Assembly (NCBI GenBank): GCA_945877855.1
Contig: CAMDWA010000028.1
Location: 1 to 36,367 of the forward strand
Source of the DNA: Thermoflexus hugenholtzii JAD2
GTDB lineage: Bacteria; Chloroflexota; Anaerolineae; J036; Brachytrichaceae
Direction of reading: 5' to 3'
DNA: 36,367 nt
Position 1 is the stretch's first letter, and every line of letters begins with the position of its first letter. The notes beneath the pieces were generated by a model that saw only the letters and a program-made list of their open reading frames with translations, had not been told where the DNA came from and ran no database searches. Of the stretch, positions 8,802 through 14,968 are shown piece after piece. A program made the position numbers and the translations under genes.

Positions 8802-8985
8802 CTGTTTGTCGCAAGGCTGTTCAAAAGTCAGCACGCTACTTAACCCGTCATCTCCGCGAACGCGGAGATCCATAACGTGTCATGGCAAAATTGCGGAAAA
8901 CCAGTCAACCTATGCCTGTCTGGTTATAGATTCCAGCTTTCGCGGGAATGACGAGGCGACTTTTGAACAGCCTTGCTGTTTGTCG
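8802..8985. mobile_element. MITE-like non-autonomous element (164 bp) with 18-bp perfect terminal inverted repeats and a 10-bp target-site duplication
   Basis: TIR-L caaggctgttcaaaagtc (8812-8829) is the exact reverse complement of TIR-R gacttttgaacagccttg (8958-8975). Both are flanked by the direct repeat ctgtttgtcg (8802-8811 and 8976-8985). There is an internal 9-bp-stem hairpin atctccgcg-aa-cgcggagat. No transposase ORF is present. Confidence 0.7.
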
Positions 8986-9040
8986 AGCGCAGCTTGACAA
9001 GCGAATTATTGTTATTGGCAAAGGTATCATACTCAGCCTG

Positions 9041-10012
9041 ATGTCTAATGCAACCAACCTAACACTACGCGCCTATCGTGGTCTTGTCGATCATCCCGCG
9101 ATGATCTCACTTACGAATGCCTGCCACCAACACGAAGGGGTAGAAGAATTTGAAACGGCAGAAAGTCTGCAACATTTTTTACATTTTCCGCACAGCGATC
9201 CTGAGTATGACATCATTGTCGCCGAAAATGCTGAGGGGATCATCGGTTATGCCCATACCTTTTGGCGAAAAAATCGCGATAACAGTATCGTGCATTATGT
9301 TTTTGTCTTTGTCCATCCCGATCAACAACGCCAAGGCGTGGGCACAAGGTTATTCGCCCAACTCCAACACCGCATTGCGGCGCTGACACAACAAACCGAA
9401 CCCAACAGCCCCCATCTATTACTCACTTATGTGCAAGAAAAAGAAGCGGCAGCCCAAGCCTTTGTAAACAAACACGGTTTTGGCGTTGCACGCTATTTAT
9501 ATGAGATGGTATGCCCGCTTGAACATTTGCCAAATTGTGATGATTACCCATTACCTGCCCATATTGAATTGCGACCAGCCTTGCCAGCCCATGACCGCGC
9601 CATTTACAATGCCCGCCGCGAAGCCTTTCTCGATCATTGGGGGTCGGCGCTACCCAGCGAAGAAGAATTTCAGGCATGGATAAACGATGAACAGCGCGAC
9701 CCAAGTAGGTATGTGATTGCCTGGGCCAATGACCAAGTGGCGGGCATGGTGCTCAATGAAATTAACCACAGTGAAAATGAAGCCAGTGGGCGCAAACGCG
9801 GCTATACCGACCCAATTGCGGTGCGGCGGCCTTGGCGCAAACAAGGCTTGGCAACGGCCATGCTGGTGCGCAGTTTGCACCTATTGCGTCAACATGGCAT
9901 GAGTGAGGCTGCACTGAGCGTTGACACCGAAAACCCGAGTGGGGCATTACGAATTTATGAACGCTTGGGGTTTAAAGCGGTAAAAAAGATCGTCGCTTAT
10001 CAAAAACTGTAA
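9041..10012 (+). CDS. Tandem-GNAT N-acetyltransferase, MshD (mycothiol synthase)-like architecture
   Basis: Two GNAT acetyl-CoA binding cores: VFVHPDQQRQGVGTRLF and IAVRRPWRKQGLATAMLVRSL...RLGF. The track ORF (8948) extends upstream into the MITE, so the start was set at MSNATNL; the start is uncertain. Confidence 0.6.
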   Translation: MSNATNLTLRAYRGLVDHPAMISLTNACHQHEGVEEFETAESLQHFLHFPHSDPEYDIIVAENAEGIIGYAHTFWRKNRDNSIVHYVFVFVHPDQQRQGVGTRLFAQLQHRIAALTQQTEPNSPHLLLTYVQEKEAAAQAFVNKHGFGVARYLYEMVCPLEHLPNCDDYPLPAHIELRPALPAHDRAIYNARREAFLDHWGSALPSEEEFQAWINDEQRDPSRYVIAWANDQVAGMVLNEINHSENEASGRKRGYTDPIAVRRPWRKQGLATAMLVRSLHLLRQHGMSEAALSVDTENPSGALRIYERLGFKAVKKIVAYQKL

Positions 10013-10015
10013 TAT

Positions 10016-10075
10016 GCCGATTTCACTATCTCCCTCCCATAGCTACGCTGTGGGAGGGAGATAGTGAAATCGGCC
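10016..10075. repeat. REP-like palindromic hairpin element (family 1, full copy) 3' of the GNAT gene
   Basis: gccgatttcac-tatctccctcccatagc-tacg-ctgtgggagggagata-gtgaaatcggc, a perfect hairpin. Confidence 0.8.
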
Positions 10076-10288
10076 CTTCATCTTTATCGGAATTTGCTTT
10101 ATTTAAACAAAAAACGCGAGTGTTTACTCGCGTTTTTTGTTTATCTGCCAGCCCTAGCAGCTATCTAGGCGATGCAATGTGACAGGTCTTTTGCCTTAGG
10201 TCTTAATCCCCCTATTCTCTCTATCTTTATCAAGGTGATAGCGGTCGGGATATCTCTTATGCTCACATGCATTCGAGGGATATATAAA

Positions 10289-11188
10289 ATGCCAAAGTCT
10301 CTACTCACTGCAATTATCACTGTCTTCATCATGCTGGTCGGGCCAAGCATTGCCAAAGCCACCCCACCCACCCCCATTAGCTCATTGGCAGGCTGGAACG
10401 CTGAATATTGGGACAATGCCGAGCAAAATGGCGAACCCATTCTCAGCCGCATGGATGGGGCAATTAATTTTAATTGGGGCAACGCTGCCCCCAACAGTGA
10501 GTTGCCAAGCGATCATTTCTCGGTGCGTTGGTTGCAAACCATCAGTGTGCCAGCCGGTCGCTATCGTTTTACGCTCTATGCCGATGATGGCATTCGTATC
10601 TTTGTCAATCATAAGCTGGTGCTAAACCGCTGGGACAACCAAGGCTATCAAGTCCATTCGGTAACGGTAGACCTTGAAGGTGGTGGTGACTTGGTGCGCA
10701 TTGACTATGTTGATCGTGGTGGCAGTGCCCGTGTGCAACTCAAGGCCCAACGCATTACCCTTGCGGCTACGGCTGCCCCACAACGTGAATTGCGCCCAGT
10801 CAGCAAAAGCAACAACCGCCCCTGGGAAATTGCATTTTTTAACAATACCGAACTGAAGGGCGAACCGATTCACACCCTGCAAGCCACCAATGCCAATTTT
10901 GATTGGGGCAAATCGAAGCCCAAATTGGTAACGCAAAACGGTTTCTCGGTGCGCATGACCAAGCGTGAATATTTGGGGGCTGGTAATTATCGCTTTATCG
11001 TGGCCGCCGATGATGGCATTCGCATGTTCGTAGATGGCAAATTGGTAGTGAATGACTGGCAACCCGCCCGCAACCATATTTCACGCAGCACTGGGCTAGC
11101 GCTCGACACTGGCTTTCATGAGATCGTGGTCGAATATTTCAATCAAGGCAGCAGCTCACAACTTAATGTGACGTGGGAATTGTCATAA
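10289..11188 (+). CDS. Secreted protein with two tandem PA14 domains
   Basis: Signal peptide (MPKSLLTAIITVFIMLVGPSIAKA), then two repeats of the PA14 pattern (GW/WE..F.N..L.GEP...DFNWG...FSVRW...G.YRF...ADDG.R.FV...LV.N.W). The track ORF starts further upstream, at 10172. Confidence 0.75.
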   Translation: MPKSLLTAIITVFIMLVGPSIAKATPPTPISSLAGWNAEYWDNAEQNGEPILSRMDGAINFNWGNAAPNSELPSDHFSVRWLQTISVPAGRYRFTLYADDGIRIFVNHKLVLNRWDNQGYQVHSVTVDLEGGGDLVRIDYVDRGGSARVQLKAQRITLAATAAPQRELRPVSKSNNRPWEIAFFNNTELKGEPIHTLQATNANFDWGKSKPKLVTQNGFSVRMTKREYLGAGNYRFIVAADDGIRMFVDGKLVVNDWQPARNHISRSTGLALDTGFHEIVVEYFNQGSSSQLNVTWELS

Positions 11189-11211
11189 AAAACCATCGTT
11201 GGCGGCGTGCC

Positions 11212-12774
11212 TTACGCCGTCTTCAATATTTCATCAGCGGCTTTTACACCCGACAAATACGCCCCATGCACCGTGCCAAAATATTGGCGGCTAGCCGCCT
11301 CACCCGCAAAATACAGCACATCGTCTAGCGATTTTGCCAAATGGTCGCGCATTTCGGGAACCGCGCCAACTGGGTTAAATGAATAGGAGCCACCCGCAAA
11401 AGGGTCTGAACTCCAACGGGTAATTTGATAATCGATCGGGTCAGGGGTGTTGCGCCCGAAGATAGTGCGCAGGGTTTGCATGGCGCTGGCGACGATCTTC
11501 TCATCGCTCAAAGCCTCAATCGATTGCCCGATATTGGCGGCGTTAAACCCCAGCAAAATGGGCAAACCAGTCGGGCGGGCAAAACTCACCCACTCCACCC
11601 ATTCGCCAGCGTTGGGGGCCACATATTCCATCCAATCGTATTTGGCTTGCCAAAATACCTTGGGGAAGCGCAAATAGCACTTGTTCAACACGCCCATTTT
11701 TAGCGCCTCGATGGCCTTTTGTTTTTGGGCAGGCAAGGCGGGCTTAAACATCACGGCACTGCGTTTCAGCACCCCCAGCGGCAAAGTGACAAGCACCTTC
11801 TCGGCCACATAAGTCGCGCTGTCAGTCGTAACACTTACACGATCTTTTGCCGTTTTCCATTCAATCTGACGCACTGGGCTGTTGGTTTTAATATCAAGCC
11901 CTTGCGCCAAATACCCTGCAATAGCCCCATAACCAGCCAAAAAGAGCGCGTCATCGCCCTTAAACGCCGCATCATCGTCATACCAATGCGCCGACAATTC
12001 GCCAATGCTGCCAGCGTATTCTTGCTCAAACTTGCCATTGAGAATAAAACTAACCAGCTGCTGCTCTTCGAGTGACAGTTTGGCCCAATTGAGCGCTTTT
12101 TCGATGACGGTCTGAATCGACTGGTCGTCATCACGTTTTTGGGCCGCCTTCAGAGCTTGGGTAATGGCTTTATCTAGCCGTTCAATTTGCGCCTCTTGCG
12201 CATCGCTCAAAACTTGACCTTGTGACCCATACCCAATTGTGCTCTCATAATATGTGGTCGCCATTTTTGCACCCACCGTCTGAGCCAAGGTCATAATCGG
12301 GTTGCCATCCACTCCGTGAATCCACGACGCGCCCAAATCCATTGGCGCATCGGGCCACTTGTTGCTCGTCCACAACCGCCCGCCAATGCGATCACGTGCC
12401 TCTAACACCAGCGGCTTGATGCCACGCTGGGACAATCTTTGCGCAGCCGCCAACCCCGCCATGCCTGCACCAATAACAATGACGCGCTGAAAGGCAGCAG
12501 TGACAGCCTGAGCCACAACAATTGGCAAGCAAATTACAGCGGAAGTAGTTTTGTCGCGCTGAGAGTCGGCGGTAACAGCCTGAGCCGCAACCGCAGTCGG
12601 CACGGGGGGCAGTGTGGGATTAGATGGTGGCGACAAAGCAGGTGGTGGCACAGGTGTCGCGTTGACCGGGGCTGAGATATCAGCAGTAGGGGCATAGGAA
12701 GGTAAAGTGCTTGTGGAGGCGCTCAAACCTACCACTGTCGCCCCCAGCCATTGCAAAAAATGTCGTCTGTGCAT
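11212..12774 (-). CDS. Tat-exported flavin-containing amine oxidase (MAO/polyamine oxidase family)
   Basis: Twin-arginine motif RRHFLQW at the N-terminus, a Pro/Ala-rich linker, then the FAD-binding fold VIVIGAGMAGLAAA...LEARDRIGGR and the C-terminal amine-oxidase motif YFAGEAAS...GAYLSG. Confidence 0.75.
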   Translation of the reverse strand: MHRRHFLQWLGATVVGLSASTSTLPSYAPTADISAPVNATPVPPPALSPPSNPTLPPVPTAVAAQAVTADSQRDKTTSAVICLPIVVAQAVTAAFQRVIVIGAGMAGLAAAQRLSQRGIKPLVLEARDRIGGRLWTSNKWPDAPMDLGASWIHGVDGNPIMTLAQTVGAKMATTYYESTIGYGSQGQVLSDAQEAQIERLDKAITQALKAAQKRDDDQSIQTVIEKALNWAKLSLEEQQLVSFILNGKFEQEYAGSIGELSAHWYDDDAAFKGDDALFLAGYGAIAGYLAQGLDIKTNSPVRQIEWKTAKDRVSVTTDSATYVAEKVLVTLPLGVLKRSAVMFKPALPAQKQKAIEALKMGVLNKCYLRFPKVFWQAKYDWMEYVAPNAGEWVEWVSFARPTGLPILLGFNAANIGQSIEALSDEKIVASAMQTLRTIFGRNTPDPIDYQITRWSSDPFAGGSYSFNPVGAVPEMRDHLAKSLDDVLYFAGEAASRQYFGTVHGAYLSGVKAADEILKTA

Positions 12775-13784
12775 TCTAATCCAAACTCTAACGTCGAATG
12801 ACGATAAAGCTTGATTATATTCAGATCAAGTTGTAATAAGATTGTTGCCTCATTTTTACCTACATACTCTAACACCGACAGCACATAGCAAATGCTTTCA
12901 GGCCGTGCATTCTTCTTGTTGTTGTCCCGCACAACAATCCAAGGCCTAAACGAGGTATAGACCTTGCTAAACATCAATTCTTTACATTTGGTATACGAAT
13001 CCCAAAATGCTTGGCTTTTGGCATCCATTAGGCTAATTTTCCATTGTTTCAATGGGTTATCAGCCCGTGAATCAAAACGTCATTTTTGCTCCTCTTTCGA
13101 GATCAAAAACCAAAATTTGATCAGCGTGACACTGTCTTCATACAACCTATGCTTATATTCGGTCACTTGGCGAATAAATTGCTCATATTGTTCGGGTGCG
13201 CAAAAGCCATTGACCGACTCGACGACAGCGCGGTTATACCAACTGCGGTCAAAAAACACAATCTCACCGCAATTTGGCAATTGGCACGTGTAACGCTGAA
13301 AATACCATTGCCCCACTTCTTCTTCGGTCGGCTTGGGCCAAGCCACCACTCGCAAGGCACGCGGGTTCATATGCTCGGTAAAGCGGCGAATGGCCCCGCC
13401 CTTACCGGCGGCATCGCGGCCCTCGAACAAAATCGCCACACGCCGTTTTTTCTCTTGCACCCAGCGTTGCAGTTTCACCAATTCGATCTGTAGCTTTTGC
13501 AATTCGTTCTCATAATTGAGCAACTCGACAATTTTTTGCGGGTTAATCTCCTTCGACTGCAGCAAACTAAACAGATCACGCGGCGACTGCACGCTGATCA
13601 AATCTTTGTAGGTTAGAAATGGCGCATCGGGGTTACTGGGCGGCGTCATGGGCAAGGCTGGCGGCACTTTTGGGGGCAACTTGGCGGCTGCGGGTTTGGG
13701 CGCAGCTTTTTTGCGGCGCTTTGGCTTGTCGCTGTTCGGGTTGTTGTTTGGGTCGCTGGGGGATGGAAGTGAAGCTTGAGACAT
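12729..13784 (-). pseudogene. ppk2: Polyphosphate kinase 2 (PPK2) interrupted by a single in-frame TGA
   Basis: Upstream ORF (to 13080) has the PPK2 Walker A FEGRDAAGKGG and ...FWFLISKEEQK. A TGA at 13080-13082 is followed in the same frame by RFDSRADNPLKQWKISLMDAKSQAFWDSYTK...PWIVVRDNNKKNARPE, the conserved PPK2 C-terminus. Start taken at MSQASL (13784). The ORF is otherwise intact. Confidence 0.65.
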
Positions 13785-13869
13785 AAGAATGTGTGGGATA
13801 AAACAAAATAAAAACACCTCGTGCAAAAATCACACGCCGTAGACAGCATATTCTGCCCTTGTTCATCAC

Positions 13870-14840
13870 TCACCCCCCTGATGGGTAGCACGGCACTGGC
13901 TTGTTGGATAGTGCACAACAACCTCACAAGACCAGTCCGCGTTGACGCAAATGCAGCACTCACCCTGCTATCAATTGAGGCGGTGGGCGCGTTTGTCTGG
14001 CTTGCTTGCGCGGCTCGTGCGGGGGCAGATGCCCAGCAACTGACAGTTGCTGGGCATCTACTCACCCTTAATTGATGGCAAACGTAACACTCACCACGCC
14101 ATCAATTGAGGCAGTGATGGGGTTAGTCTGGCGTGCTTGCGCGGCTCATGCGGGTGCAGATGCACCGCACCTCGCAGGTGCGGCGCATCTACTCACCCCA
14201 CGTTGGTGGCAAATGCAACGCTCACCCCGCCCTCAATTGAGGCAGTGATGGGGTTAGTCTGGCTTGCTTGCGCGGCTCGTCCGGATGCAGATGCACCGCA
14301 CCTCGCAGGTGCGGCGCATCTACTCACCCTTAAATTGATGGCAATGCAACGCTTACCCCGCCCTCAATTGAGGCAGTGGGCGCGGTCATTTGGCTTGCTT
14401 GCGCGGCTCGTGCGGGGGCAGATGCCCAGCAACTGACAGTTGCTGGGCATCTACTCACCCTTAATTGATGGCAAACGTAACACTAACCCCGCCATCAATT
14501 GAGGCAGTGACGGGGTTAGTCTAGCTTGCTTGCGCGGCTCATGCGGGTGCAGATGCGCCGCACCTGCGAGGTGCGGCGCATCTACTCACCCTTAAATTGG
14601 TGGCAAATGTAACACTCACCCTGCCCTCAATTGAGGCGGTGACGGGGTTAGTCTGGCGTGCTTGCGCGGCTCGTGCAGGTGCAGATGCCCAGCAACTGGC
14701 AGTTGCTGGGCATCTACTCACCCTTAAATTGATGGCAAATGCAACGCTCACCCCACCCTCAATTAAGGCGGTGGGCGCGGTCGTTTGGCTGGCTTGCGCG
14801 GATCGTGCGGGTGCAGATGCGCCGCACCTGCGAAGGGCGA
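13870..14840. repeat. Tandem array of about 7.4 units of ~131 bp (130-133 bp), each with two conserved hairpins and two alternating variants
   Basis: Unit starts (motif caattgagg) at 13971, 14104, 14234, 14365, 14496, 14628 and 14760. Variant A hairpin is gatgcccagcaactg-aca-cagttgctgggcatc; variant B hairpin is gatgcgccgcacct-gcg-aggtgcggcgcatc. A second hairpin, aattgatggc...gcc(a/c)tcaatt, spans the unit junctions. Confidence 0.85.
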
Positions 14841-14888
14841 CGACGACATCTCTTTGCCAATATGACACCCCTGCCCCCCACGGCCGGG

Positions 14889-14925
14889 CCGCGCTCCGCG
14901 CGGGCAGAGGGGTGCTCCCCTCTGC
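14889..14925 (-). other. Two adjacent GC-rich hairpins 45-80 nt downstream of the NACHT-FGE gene stop (DGR-type post-VR hairpins)
   Basis: ccgcgc-tcc-gcgcgg (14889-14903) and gcagagggg-tgct-cccctctgc (14904-14925; 8-9 bp stem with a 4-nt loop). Confidence 0.5.
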
Positions 14926-14968
14926 ACTCCCCCTTGATACCAGATAACCCAGAGCACCAAAGACCCGA

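Noticed and set aside
8948-9040. N-terminal 31 codons of the track ORF 8948..10012 (and ORF 8806..8997)
   Set aside because: They lie inside and across the MITE (8802-8985) and have no protein-like features. The GNAT protein most plausibly starts at 9041.
13080-13082. Selenocysteine codon in ppk2 (also 29228-29230 in the secreted protein)
   Set aside because: The TGAs sit at positions occupied by ordinary residues in homologues, not active-site Cys. No SECIS-like hairpin follows either one. No selenoprotein machinery is evident.
13870-14840. CRISPR array
   Set aside because: Units are ~131 bp with no alternating unique spacers and contain internal palindromes. No cas genes are nearby. This is a tandem repeat array, not CRISPR.
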